From Limnothrix sp. BL-A-16 (GTDB lineage: Bacteria > Cyanobacteriota > Cyanobacteriia > CACIAM-69d), in NCBI GenBank assembly GCA_041937175.2, contig CP166615.1:4256001-4320000 (forward strand): a stretch of DNA of 64,000 nt. Reading direction: 5' to 3'. Positions 54,360 to 63,875 of this stretch are shown here, piece after piece. Positions within the stretch are counted from its first letter, which is position 1. Every line of letters starts with the position of its first letter. A model generated the notes under the pieces. The model made no database searches, was not told the DNA's origin, and worked only from the letters and a program-made list of their open reading frames with translations. The position numbers were made by a program, and so were the translations under genes.

Positions 54360-55214
54360 TCAAGTCGCCATCCGCCGCAGAAAGGGAATCAGCGCCTCTG
54401 ACACCTTTTCCGGCCAGTCCTCTTGGGCATAGTGACCCGTTTCGTCCATTTCCACAAACTCGCAGTCGGCAATGGTTTTGGCGGCAGTTTTGGCGGCTTC
54501 CACGGGCAACCAAGGATCGCTCGCGCCCCAGGCCACCAAGGTCGGTTTTTCCCAGCGGGTCAGGCCTTCGGTAATTTCCTGCACGGTCTGTTTCAGCCGC
54601 AGGTTTTGCAACACCGCCAGCAGGGCCCGCCCCGCCCCAGAACTGGTCAGGAACGGCCGGCGATACACATCCAAGTCCGCATCGTCCACTTGGTAGGGGC
54701 CACCACCTTCGAGCAGCCGATCAACCAGCAGCGGATCTTGGGTCATCATGTCGCCCACCAGCGGAATCGCCATTTGGGAAATTTTCCAGGGCAGCTTGGC
54801 TTCGGGAAAAATTGGAGCATTGATAATCGCCAGCCGCTCGACGCGATCGGGATTCCGCAAGGCGTACTGAATTCCCAGGGAGCCAAAAAATCCCTGGGCT
54901 ACGATCGAGACGCGATCGAGTTCCATGGCGGCCAAAAACTGCTCCAGCAGGCCGATCATCGCGTCGGGCGTGTAGGCAAAATCCAGCCGCTCGGGGCGAT
55001 CGGACGCACCAAAACCGGGAAAGTCCGGGGCGATCGCTCGGAAGCCCTGTTCCGCCAGCGCGGGCAGCACCTTCCGCCAGCTATAGCCAAAGGCCACCAA
55101 CCCATGGAGCAACAACACAGGCGGGCGATCGTTCGGTGATTCGGGCACAACCTCGCGATAGACCCAGGTGTAGTCACCGGCTTTCACCGTTTGTTCTGGA
55201 ATGCGTTTTGCCAT
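54360..55214 (-). CDS. Alpha/beta-fold hydrolase (haloalkane-dehalogenase-like)
   Basis: LLLHG...SWR, APDFPGFGASD, WGASDPWL, GHYAQEDWPE. Confidence 0.88.
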   Translation of the reverse strand: MAKRIPEQTVKAGDYTWVYREVVPESPNDRPPVLLLHGLVAFGYSWRKVLPALAEQGFRAIAPDFPGFGASDRPERLDFAYTPDAMIGLLEQFLAAMELDRVSIVAQGFFGSLGIQYALRNPDRVERLAIINAPIFPEAKLPWKISQMAIPLVGDMMTQDPLLVDRLLEGGGPYQVDDADLDVYRRPFLTSSGAGRALLAVLQNLRLKQTVQEITEGLTRWEKPTLVAWGASDPWLPVEAAKTAAKTIADCEFVEMDETGHYAQEDWPEKVSEALIPFLRRMAT

Positions 55215-55351
55215 CACGTCCTCACACAGCAAGTTGGGTTCCGTCTATCAAACACCAAATCTTGCAAAATCCAGCAAAGCGATAGGCGCGATCGCTCCGC
55301 TCAATGCCTGATCATACGGTTATGGATTTCTATCCAAGACTAGACTACAAA

Positions 55352-56179
55352 TTATTGAAAAATTGCTGGAAGAAATTGCTGAATGGTTCGACGAATAATT
55401 AATAGATGACGTTGATTAGTATGCAAGCTGGAAATGATCACTGATGAAGGCTTAGGTTGAGTAAGTAATTGCGTGTGAGCGATCAAATTTTTATTTAGTT
55501 GATAATAAAGAACGAGATAAAAGCAAGGCTTCTTAGTGGATAGTGGTGACTCTTGAAGCTTGATTTCAGTAACTTGACTAAAAGGTGCTTCAACAGTCTT
55601 AGAAATCTTGAATAGATATTGTTTGAAGATCGTGACTCGATCGCTGGTTTTGTCAAATGAGCAAGTAATTAGAATTGGGGTAGTCACTCCTTGAATCATT
55701 AAAAATAGTCCAGGGAGCAGAAACATTAAGCCGCTCATTGACCCTTCCAGGTAATCATCTTGAACAATACTGAGCATTTGGACTTGGGAATTTTGAATAA
55801 AATCATTGATTTGATTAGCAATAATTTCTTGCTTGTGACCAACAATAATTCGATGATTAACTAACTCTAGCTCAGGCGTTTTGGAGAAATACAAAACTAC
55901 GCCAACACCGCTGGCTTTGCGGACTGATGCTCGCATTAAAGGCTCACGAATGGTTAGGGTATTTTGACCCAAGTAACCATCAATTATTCGTTGACAGACC
56001 ATTGATTTTGGACTGGTTGCCAATCGCTGACAATTGAGCGTGGTTCGATTGCTGACGGCTAGCCCCACAATTAGCCCTACGGTAACAAAAGGAAGCCCCA
56101 ACAATCCCAAGCCCAGCCAATTCCAATCGCGATCGCGCAACTGAAGACGGCTAGGCGTTTGCTCTACAACTTCAATCAT
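55352..56179 (-). CDS. Hypothetical membrane protein
   Basis: Long AT-rich ORF with two TM segments; no family recognised. Confidence 0.65.
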   Translation of the reverse strand: MIEVVEQTPSRLQLRDRDWNWLGLGLLGLPFVTVGLIVGLAVSNRTTLNCQRLATSPKSMVCQRIIDGYLGQNTLTIREPLMRASVRKASGVGVVLYFSKTPELELVNHRIIVGHKQEIIANQINDFIQNSQVQMLSIVQDDYLEGSMSGLMFLLPGLFLMIQGVTTPILITCSFDKTSDRVTIFKQYLFKISKTVEAPFSQVTEIKLQESPLSTKKPCFYLVLYYQLNKNLIAHTQLLTQPKPSSVIISSLHTNQRHLLIIRRTIQQFLPAIFQ

Positions 56180-56324
56180 GGCAAGGAGCACTGAATTCTG
56201 AAGCGATCTTTGATTTCATTCATAAGGTTATTTTTGAATATAAACTCACAGCCTATCTATTTTCAATTGAAATAAAACAAATTTTTAAATTTGATAAAAT
56301 AAATGCCAACTGCGAGACTGCTGA

Positions 56325-57209
56325 ATGAAATTTGCCAATGCTTTGATGAAGCCTAAATCAGGTGATAAAGGTTCTGGTGCGATCGTCCTGTTTGGGTTGC
56401 CAGAGCTATGGCGGTGCTTTGTAAGTGGCTCAGAAGCCGACCAACTCTCGGCCGTGCCCATTGCCATGCGGCGGGGTCTAGGGGGTATTGCTTTCGCTGT
56501 TCTCGCTTTGAAAGCATCTAGTCTGTCGGTGCAACAAGCAGCGATCGAGCAACTCTTGGGTTGTACTGAAGTGATCGCCTTGGAAGCCCTGTGGCAGCAT
56601 TTCCAATTGCCCAATTTGAGCGATCGCGCTCACTATTATAATTTGCAATATTTACTGGCAAATCAGCAATGGCAGGCGGCTGATGATTTGACTATTACTT
56701 TGATTCGGGCGATCGCTGATCGATCTGATCTCTGGTTACGGAAAAGCGATCTTCAGAGCTTGCCGCAGAGTAGTTTGATAGCGATCGATCGTCTCTGGCG
56801 GATCTATAGCCGCGATCGCTTTGGGTTCTCGATTCAAGCTCAGTTGTGGAATACTTGCAAAGCAGAAACCTGTAAGCCCTTCAATTATTCCCGCAATGAT
56901 TTGTGTCGCTGTTTTGGGAGTGCAGTGGGCTGGAAAGTCGAAACCTATGATGGGCGGCATATACCGGAATACGACTTTGAGCGGCGAGCTAAAATTCCCT
57001 ACGATCTCAGCGCCCCGATCGGTCACTTACCCAGTACCTTTGCCCTCGGTGGGGGTGAGTCTCAAGGCGAGTACGATCCGCCTGATACTGAGTCAACGAT
57101 GGGATTTTATGGGTCAGGTCGCTACTACTACACCTGGAGCCAAGATTCGTTCTTTGGTCACGATTTCCTAAGAGAATTTTTCCTGATTGTCGAGTCTGTT
57201 AAGCCTTAG
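56325..57209 (+). CDS. GUN4-like domain protein
   Basis: LQYLLANQQWQAADDLT, IDRLW..YS..RFGFSIQ, FG..VGW, APIGHLP. Confidence 0.8.
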   Translation: MKFANALMKPKSGDKGSGAIVLFGLPELWRCFVSGSEADQLSAVPIAMRRGLGGIAFAVLALKASSLSVQQAAIEQLLGCTEVIALEALWQHFQLPNLSDRAHYYNLQYLLANQQWQAADDLTITLIRAIADRSDLWLRKSDLQSLPQSSLIAIDRLWRIYSRDRFGFSIQAQLWNTCKAETCKPFNYSRNDLCRCFGSAVGWKVETYDGRHIPEYDFERRAKIPYDLSAPIGHLPSTFALGGGESQGEYDPPDTESTMGFYGSGRYYYTWSQDSFFGHDFLREFFLIVESVKP

Positions 57210-57231
57210 CGATCGCCTTGCGGAGCAATCT

Positions 57232-57297
57232 CGCACCAGGAAAGTTATTCGGTTTATTTGCTCAGACTTTGCCACGTCACCATGCTCGATCGCCTCC
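57232..57297 (-). pseudogene. Remnant third copy of the antitoxin 5' module
   Basis: GGAGGCGATCGAGC-ATG GTG ACG TGG CAA AGT CTG AGC AAA TAA ACC GAA TAA CTT TCC TGG; two CAA>TAA stops relative to the intact copies. Confidence 0.88.
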
Positions 57298-57364
57298 TAA
57301 ATTCTGGTTTGACTATGTTATTGCGGAAGTGCTGGAGCAGGAACTGAATTGAGCATTGGCGTTG

Positions 57365-57784
57365 CTAAGTTAATAGGTTTGGCAATACAGAAAAAGTACG
57401 ATTGCCCGGTAAGCGGTAAACATAGAAATCCCGATCGAGGGTACAAATTATTGCTACCTCACGAGTTTCTGCTGCTGCCACTAATGAAGCATCAGCTAAA
57501 TCCATGGGCAAATTTCGATACTGCGCCATCAGCGATTGCATCCTCAGTTGCTCCGCAGAATCATTAACGTGGAAGGTGATTGCTCCAGCTTCAACATAGC
57601 TCCACAGATAGGCTTGAGCTGGCCATCCGCCACCACGTCGCAAGAGGTGCATTGCTTCGGTAAAGCAAGGCCAAGTCGTCACTAGTGGTGCGCGAACTTG
57701 GGTGGTACAAGTGCGGCAGGTTTGATGATAAGGATCGCTCTGATCAATGAGGGCAATTAAGAACGAAGCGTCAGCGAGTGTCAC
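57365..57784 (-). CDS. vapC: VapC-family PIN-domain toxin
   Basis: LADASFLIAL..D..H, CFTEAMHLL, MDLADASLV, ICTLDRDF. Confidence 0.9.
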   Translation of the reverse strand: MTLADASFLIALIDQSDPYHQTCRTCTTQVRAPLVTTWPCFTEAMHLLRRGGGWPAQAYLWSYVEAGAITFHVNDSAEQLRMQSLMAQYRNLPMDLADASLVAAAETREVAIICTLDRDFYVYRLPGNRTFSVLPNLLT

Positions 57785-57788
57785 TGAA

Positions 57789-58070
57789 TTACTCCCAGGG
57801 TTTGCCCGCAGTTTCACGAATTTTCATGTGTTTTTCTAGCCAAACATCAGTGGTTGACTCCTCAGAGTTTTGGAAGTTGAGGGAAATTACTCCCATTTGT
57901 CCCTCAAGTAATTCAGCGACGGTTTTGGGTTCTGTTGGCGCTACTTCAATGTCAACGGTAGACTGAGCTGATCGCCCCAGGAGTGATCGCACTAACTGCC
58001 AAATCAGGGCGAGGCGATCGCGCCAAGAGAGTTGTTCAGCTTGTTTGCTCAGACTTTGCCACGTCACCAT
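57789..58070 (-). CDS. Putative antitoxin 2 (shared 36-aa N-terminal module plus unique C-terminus)
   Basis: AGGAGG RBS; directly upstream of a PIN gene. Confidence 0.82.
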   Translation of the reverse strand: MVTWQSLSKQAEQLSWRDRLALIWQLVRSLLGRSAQSTVDIEVAPTEPKTVAELLEGQMGVISLNFQNSEESTTDVWLEKHMKIRETAGKPWE

Positions 58071-58151
58071 GCTCGATCGCCTCCTGGTCTCTAGTTTAGT
58101 AATTTCACAATAATAAGAATAAGAAATTCAGAAAGTGTCAAAGGGTAATAG

Positions 58152-58565
58152 CTAATCAAACCAATTTTCAAGAGTCAAGTTATTAAAATTCTGGAAATCC
58201 TGCAAATTCCTGGTAACTAGTACAAGTTGACAGGTTGTGGCGATCACTGCAATTTGTCCATCAGCAAATGCGGGTGTTAAACCGAGTCTTGCCAATCGCG
58301 ATCGCTCTTGGGCGTGCCAGTATGCGGCAGCTTGATCGTAGGGCAAAATTGGCAGGGTTTCGGCAATTTGTGCAAGATACGATCGCAACTGATTACGGCG
58401 GTTCGAGGGTGGCAGGCGATCGCAACCAAAGTTCAGCTCATGCCAAGTAATCGTAGAAATAGCGGATTGATGATGATCTCTTTCTACGCGATCAACAACG
58501 CCACGATTAGGGTTGGGGCGTTGTAACTCAGAAATAATATTGGTGTCGAGTAAAAAACGCAGCAT
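58152..58565 (-). CDS. vapC: VapC/FitB-family PIN-domain toxin
   Basis: FLLDTNIISEL, ITWHEL, FADGQIA, LVTRNLQDF; TGATG overlap with the upstream gene. Confidence 0.93.
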   Translation of the reverse strand: MLRFLLDTNIISELQRPNPNRGVVDRVERDHHQSAISTITWHELNFGCDRLPPSNRRNQLRSYLAQIAETLPILPYDQAAAYWHAQERSRLARLGLTPAFADGQIAVIATTCQLVLVTRNLQDFQNFNNLTLENWFD

Positions 58566-58798
58566 CACAAGGTGATATCTCGTCCTGGGTCGCGATCGCG
58601 CACGTCAGCCCAGGGATCATCATCACTCCAAGAGTCCCAATCAATGGTGCTGCGCCATTGGTGGAGGCGTTCCCAGAAGGTAGGAACAGGTTGAGCCGAT
58701 CGCCCCAGGAGCGATCGCACTAACTGCCAAATCAAAGCGAGGCGATCGCGCCAGGAAAGTTGTTCGGCTTGTTTGCTCAGGCTTTGCCACGTCACCAT
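58565..58798 (-). CDS. Putative antitoxin 1 (shared 36-aa N-terminal module plus unique C-terminus)
   Basis: GGAGG RBS before ATG 58798; acidic C-terminus ...DVRDRDPGRDITL; translationally coupled to vapC. Confidence 0.85.
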   Translation of the reverse strand: MVTWQSLSKQAEQLSWRDRLALIWQLVRSLLGRSAQPVPTFWERLHQWRSTIDWDSWSDDDPWADVRDRDPGRDITL

Positions 58799-58888
58799 GC
58801 TCGATCGCCTCCCACTTACACTCATAGAGTGCTGAGTTCTGTGATTTGATGAATCTAGGTCTCGTATTAGCCTGATGGACTTCAGTTT

Positions 58889-60679
58889 TTAAAGATCTGA
58901 AAACTCTAAGCTGATTTGATTGGCAGCAGTGGATTTTTTATTTTGCTGAGATGTGCTTGGCTTTGGAACTGCCCAAATCTTGACAAATTCTTCAGCAAGG
59001 ATCTTACTCCTTGCATTAATTTCGTCTTCTGTCCATTGTTCCAGCACATCAAAATACCGATTCAACTGCACTTTGCTTTCTCTAAGGATTTTGCGCTTTT
59101 CAAGAAAAGGCTTTTGACCCAATTCAGAGTTCCGCGCAGTCAGAGTTAGATTGCCCAACACATGGCGAAGACGAGCATGTGTCCTGGGAGCATTTTCACC
59201 CAAAGCATTTTTCCAATCACGATTAAGCTCCTGCGGTAGCACGTGCTCAATTGTCAAGTTCTCAAACGTCACTACTTCTTTACCCGAGAGTGCTAGCTCA
59301 ATTTCTTGCAAAATCAGGCGTGTTTTCCCTGACTCATGATGGTAGATAGGGAAAGTGCTCAGCTCCTGTTTAATGCTCTCATCATTGGGCCACTTAGTTG
59401 ACAAGAGAAAATTGGATATCTGGTCTTTCGACTGTGATTCATGAATTGCGCGTGCAAAAATTGATCCGTACTGACGTGATGACATACGAAAGATTGCTCG
59501 CCTCAATACATAGCTTTCAATCACCTTCAAATAGTCGCAAAAATCTTGTAATGATAACTTATTCTGGCAATCATCAAAATTTGGATCATAACGCGAATAT
59601 AGATGTAAAAGCAGAGGAATTGCTGTTTTGACTTCCAAGCTTCCAAACCGCTTAAAGGCTGTTAGTAGCTGATGATTTTTTTCCTGTAGCTTGACAATGT
59701 TAATGTAGTAGCGCATGTAGCGCTTAAGATCATTAGCGACTAAATCTAAATTTCTGCTTCCTTTCTTCTGAATATCTTGAATATATCGAACAAAGGTTGG
59801 ATAAAGCGCTTGACGCGGGAAATATTCAGTGTTTGAAATCAAATACCGATAATAAAACTCTGTCAGTTCATCGGGGAAGTCTTCTACTGCTTTCCCATTC
59901 AAAGCATGACGCAGTAGATCTTCAAAAGGAGTCCAATACTGATTGTCAAATTCTTTGTGACGTGCAAGTGGAATTTGCATAAAAATAAAATTTCTGATCA
60001 AGTCTGCCTCTGAAAGTTTTTCACCTTTAAAGTTGAGGCTTTCAAATATTTGAGTCGGGTTATCACTGTCATCAAGATCAACCTTGACCAATCTGAGTCG
60101 TTGCATGATAGTCGTGTACAAGCCCTCCAACTGATCCAGGGGAGCTTTCTGATTAAAAAGATCAGGAGAGCTTAAATGATCTCTTATTTTGTCTCGAAAG
60201 AACAAAAAGCACTTATATACAAGAGACTCTTTGTCAATTGGGTGATTTCTGTTTTCTATAACAATTCCAGAAAATGTGTTTTTGTCTTCTAGTCTTGGTA
60301 ATACTTTAGGTCGACTATGACCTGTGCTAGGTTCTATGAAAGACAGCTCCGACTCAATAGACTTGGAAAAAGCTTCCAGATTCTCTTCCTTGGCTACATC
60401 GCGTAATGCACAGAAGATCATGGTTAATGTTACGAGTCGCTGTTGTCCATCAACAACTATGTGTTGTACAACATTCCCAGAAAGTACCTGGGTAATTAAA
60501 ATCAATGGACCGATAAAGTGTGATGGACGTTGATCAGAGGATTCCGCGACCGATAAGATGTCTATCCAAAGAGTTTGCCACTTTTCTTCTGACCAGCGAT
60601 ATCCTCGTTGAAATTCAGGAATAATATATTCGACTCTACTTGAAAAGATACTTGCTACTGTTGAATCACTGGCACGCAT
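58889..60679 (-). CDS. gmrSD: GmrSD-family type IV restriction protein (DUF262 + DUF1524 HNH)
   Basis: IPEFQRGYRW, VVDGQQRL, IFESLN; TIEHVLPQ...GNLTL...N. Confidence 0.9.
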   Translation of the reverse strand: MRASDSTVASIFSSRVEYIIPEFQRGYRWSEEKWQTLWIDILSVAESSDQRPSHFIGPLILITQVLSGNVVQHIVVDGQQRLVTLTMIFCALRDVAKEENLEAFSKSIESELSFIEPSTGHSRPKVLPRLEDKNTFSGIVIENRNHPIDKESLVYKCFLFFRDKIRDHLSSPDLFNQKAPLDQLEGLYTTIMQRLRLVKVDLDDSDNPTQIFESLNFKGEKLSEADLIRNFIFMQIPLARHKEFDNQYWTPFEDLLRHALNGKAVEDFPDELTEFYYRYLISNTEYFPRQALYPTFVRYIQDIQKKGSRNLDLVANDLKRYMRYYINIVKLQEKNHQLLTAFKRFGSLEVKTAIPLLLHLYSRYDPNFDDCQNKLSLQDFCDYLKVIESYVLRRAIFRMSSRQYGSIFARAIHESQSKDQISNFLLSTKWPNDESIKQELSTFPIYHHESGKTRLILQEIELALSGKEVVTFENLTIEHVLPQELNRDWKNALGENAPRTHARLRHVLGNLTLTARNSELGQKPFLEKRKILRESKVQLNRYFDVLEQWTEDEINARSKILAEEFVKIWAVPKPSTSQQNKKSTAANQISLEFSDL

Positions 60680-61106
60680 AACTTTTGCTCTCCTTCCTAT
60701 AGCCAAAAATCAATCAACTTACTGTATTCAACCTATTGAATTTGATGGATTTTGCACACTAGCAATCGTTCAATATTGATCCCAATTTAGTGTTGGCAGA
60801 TCTGGGGGTCACTGCAAGCATAATTCAAGATGCCTTAATAAGGCTAGAGTGCAAAGTAGCTTGGTGTGATTTGTGTTGGAAAGATTACTCTGAGCGATCT
60901 TTCAGATCAATTCATTGCTGAGCGCTAACGAGCAACACTATCCAGCATACCAATGCTCCAAGTGATTGATCCCAATATGCCCTTCTAGCACCAATCGTTC
61001 ACGACGATCGCCCGCTTGCAACTGACCCCTGCGATCCTAGACTGTTAAGCACGATCGCCGATGCTCGGCATCACCGCTACAGCGCTCGCAGGAGACAGAA
61101 CACACC

Positions 61107-63698
61107 ATGCTCGAAGCTTATCGCCAACAGGTCGAAGAACGCGGTCAACTGGGCATTCCCCCCTTGCCCCTCGATGCCGCCCAAACCAGCGACCTGTGTA
61201 AGCTGCTGGAAACCCCACCCGCCGGGGAAGAAGAATTTTTGATGCACTTGCTGTGCGATCGCGTGCCCCCCGGTGTGGACGAGGCGGCCTATGTGAAAGC
61301 GGCATTCCTGACCGTGATCGCCAAAGGAACCACCACCAGCCCCCTAATCACCCCCCAAGGCGCAGTCGCCATCCTCGGGCAAATGGTCGGCGGCTACAAC
61401 GTGCAATCCCTCGTGGACTTGCTGAAAGCGAAGGACGCGGGCATTGCCCAATCCGCCGCCACCGCCCTCAGCAAAATCACCTTGGCCTTTGATGCGTTTA
61501 ACGACGTGCTGGAACTGTCGGAGCGCACCCCCTACGCCAAACAGGTGATCGATTCCTGGGCCGCCGCCGAGTGGTTCTTGGCCAAGCCGAAACTGGCCGA
61601 GGCGATCACCGTCACCGTTCTGAAAGTGCCCGGCGAAACCAATACCGACGACCTTTCGCCCGCCACCCACGCCACCACCCGCCCCGATATTCCGCTGCAC
61701 GCCTTGGCCATGCTGGAAACCAAGATGCCGGAAGCCCTGGGCCTGTTGCCGGAGCTGAAGGCCAAGGGCCACCCGATCGCCTATGTGGGTGATGTGGTCG
61801 GTACGGGGTCTTCGCGCAAATCGGCGATCAACTCCGTGCTGTGGCACATCGGCGACGACATTCCCCACATTCCCAACAAGCGGGCCGGTGGTGTGATTCT
61901 GGGCGGCAAGATTGCGCCGATTTTCTTTAACACGGCGGAAGATTCGGGGGCCCTGCCGATCGAGTGCGACGTGTCCCAACTGAATACGGGCGACGTAATC
62001 ACGATCCATCCCTACAAGGGCGAAATCACCAACGAAGCGGGCGAGGTGATCAGCACCTTCAGCCTGAAGCCCGACACGATCACCGATGAAGTGCGGGCCG
62101 GCGGTCGGATTCCGCTGCTGATTGGTCGCAGCCTGACGGACAAAACCCGCGAGAGCCTTGGACTGGAACCCAGCACCCTGTTTGTGCGCCCCGCCGCCCC
62201 CGCCGACACCGGTAAAGGTTTCACCCTGGCCCAAAAGATGGTCGGCAAGGCCTGCGGTCTGCCCGGTGTGCGCCCCGGCACGTCTTGCGAACCGCGTATG
62301 ACCACCGTGGGTTCCCAGGACACCACTGGCCCCATGACCCGCGACGAGCTGAAGGAGTTGGCTTGCCTCGGGTTCAGCGCTGACTTGGTGATGCAAAGCT
62401 TCTGCCACACGGCGGCCTATCCGAAGCCAGTGGATCTGAAAACCCATGCGGAATTGCCGGACTTCATCGCCCAGCGTGGCGGCGTGGCCCTGCGCCCCGG
62501 CGACGGGATCATTCACTCCTGGCTGAACCGGATGCTGATGCCAGACACGGTGGGCACGGGCGGCGACTCCCACACCCGTTTCCCATTGGGCATTTCCTTC
62601 CCGGCCGGTTCCGGGTTGGTGGCCTTTGCGGCGGCTTTGGGCGTGATGCCGTTGGATATGCCCGAGTCGATCCTGGTGCGGTTCAAGGGCAGCCTGCAAC
62701 CGGGTGTGACCTTGCGGGATGTGGTGAACGCGATTCCCTACGTGGCGATTCAGCAGGGCAAGCTGACCGTCGCCAAGGAGAACAAGCAGAACATCTATTC
62801 CGGCAAGATCATCGAAATGGAAGGGTTGCCGGATCTGAAGCTGGAGCAGGCCTTTGAGCTGACCGATGCGACGGCGGAGCGATCGGCTGCCGGTTGCACG
62901 ATCGCCCTGAGCGTGGAAACCGTGGCGGAATACCTGCGATCGAACGTCACCCTGCTGAAGAACATGATCGCCCGGGGCTACGAAGATGCCCGGACGATCG
63001 CCCGCCGGATCGCCCAGATGGAAGCCTGGTTGGCGAATCCGTCGCTGATGACCGCCGATGCGGATGCGGAATACGCCGACATCATCGAAGTGGATCTCGA
63101 TCAACTGGTGGAACCGTTGGTGGCCGCGCCCAACGACCCGGACAACATCAAAACCCTGTCTGATTGCGTGGGCGACCCGGTGCAAGAGGTGTTCATCGGT
63201 TCCTGCATGACCAATATCGGTCACTTCCGCGCCGCCGCCAAAGTGCTCGAAGGGGCCGGCAAAGCCAAGGCCCGCCTCTGGATCTGCCCGCCGACGCGGA
63301 TGGACGAAGAAATGCTGCGTCAGGAAGGCTACTACGAGATCTTCGAGGCGGCCGGCTGTCGGTTGGAAATGCCCGGTTGTTCGCTCTGTATGGGCAACCA
63401 AGCCCGCGTGGAAGACAACACCACCGTGTTTTCGACCTCGACCCGCAACTTCAACAACCGGATGGGCAAGGGCGCGCAGGTCTACCTCGGCTCGGCGGAG
63501 TTGGCGGCGGTCTGTGCCCTGTTGGGTCGAATTCCCAGCCGTGAGGAATACCTGGAAGTGGTGAAGGGCAAGATCGATCCGCTGGCGGGCGATTTGTACC
63601 GCTACCTCAACTTTGACCAAATCGATGGCTTTGAGGATCAAGGGCGATCGGTCTCGAAGGAAGACCAAGAGAAGGTGCTGATCGGCGCAAGTCGTTAA
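61107..63698 (+). CDS. acnB: Aconitate hydratase B
   Basis: VPPGVDEAA, GETNTDDLSPA, GTGSSRKSA, SQDTTGPMT, FIGSCMTN, PGCSLCMGNQ. Confidence 0.98.
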   Translation: MLEAYRQQVEERGQLGIPPLPLDAAQTSDLCKLLETPPAGEEEFLMHLLCDRVPPGVDEAAYVKAAFLTVIAKGTTTSPLITPQGAVAILGQMVGGYNVQSLVDLLKAKDAGIAQSAATALSKITLAFDAFNDVLELSERTPYAKQVIDSWAAAEWFLAKPKLAEAITVTVLKVPGETNTDDLSPATHATTRPDIPLHALAMLETKMPEALGLLPELKAKGHPIAYVGDVVGTGSSRKSAINSVLWHIGDDIPHIPNKRAGGVILGGKIAPIFFNTAEDSGALPIECDVSQLNTGDVITIHPYKGEITNEAGEVISTFSLKPDTITDEVRAGGRIPLLIGRSLTDKTRESLGLEPSTLFVRPAAPADTGKGFTLAQKMVGKACGLPGVRPGTSCEPRMTTVGSQDTTGPMTRDELKELACLGFSADLVMQSFCHTAAYPKPVDLKTHAELPDFIAQRGGVALRPGDGIIHSWLNRMLMPDTVGTGGDSHTRFPLGISFPAGSGLVAFAAALGVMPLDMPESILVRFKGSLQPGVTLRDVVNAIPYVAIQQGKLTVAKENKQNIYSGKIIEMEGLPDLKLEQAFELTDATAERSAAGCTIALSVETVAEYLRSNVTLLKNMIARGYEDARTIARRIAQMEAWLANPSLMTADADAEYADIIEVDLDQLVEPLVAAPNDPDNIKTLSDCVGDPVQEVFIGSCMTNIGHFRAAAKVLEGAGKAKARLWICPPTRMDEEMLRQEGYYEIFEAAGCRLEMPGCSLCMGNQARVEDNTTVFSTSTRNFNNRMGKGAQVYLGSAELAAVCALLGRIPSREEYLEVVKGKIDPLAGDLYRYLNFDQIDGFEDQGRSVSKEDQEKVLIGASR

Positions 63699-63716
63699 TT
63701 AGGCGCATCAATTCTG

Positions 63717-63825
63717 GTAGGGGCGTACCGCCGTACGCCCTCCGCCCGGGTCGATCGATGCCAACGATCGTTTTGGGCGTTCCAAGATCTGGCGTACCGG
63801 AGGGCGTACGGCGGTACGCCCCTAT
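63717..63825. repeat. Inverted REP doublet (REPIN-like)
   Basis: GTAGGGGCGTACCGCCGTACGCCCTCCG (63717-63744) and its reverse complement (63798-63825, one mismatch). Confidence 0.9.
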
Positions 63826-63875
63826 GGAGAATGGTGGTTTTTGGATTGGAAATTGTGTTGATCGGGCGTTGAAAG

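Noticed and set aside
61344..63668. 774-aa antisense ORF, and similar long antisense ORFs over eno, purB, lysA and fcl
   Set aside because: Shadow frames of well-conserved GC-rich genes, with no recognisable motifs.
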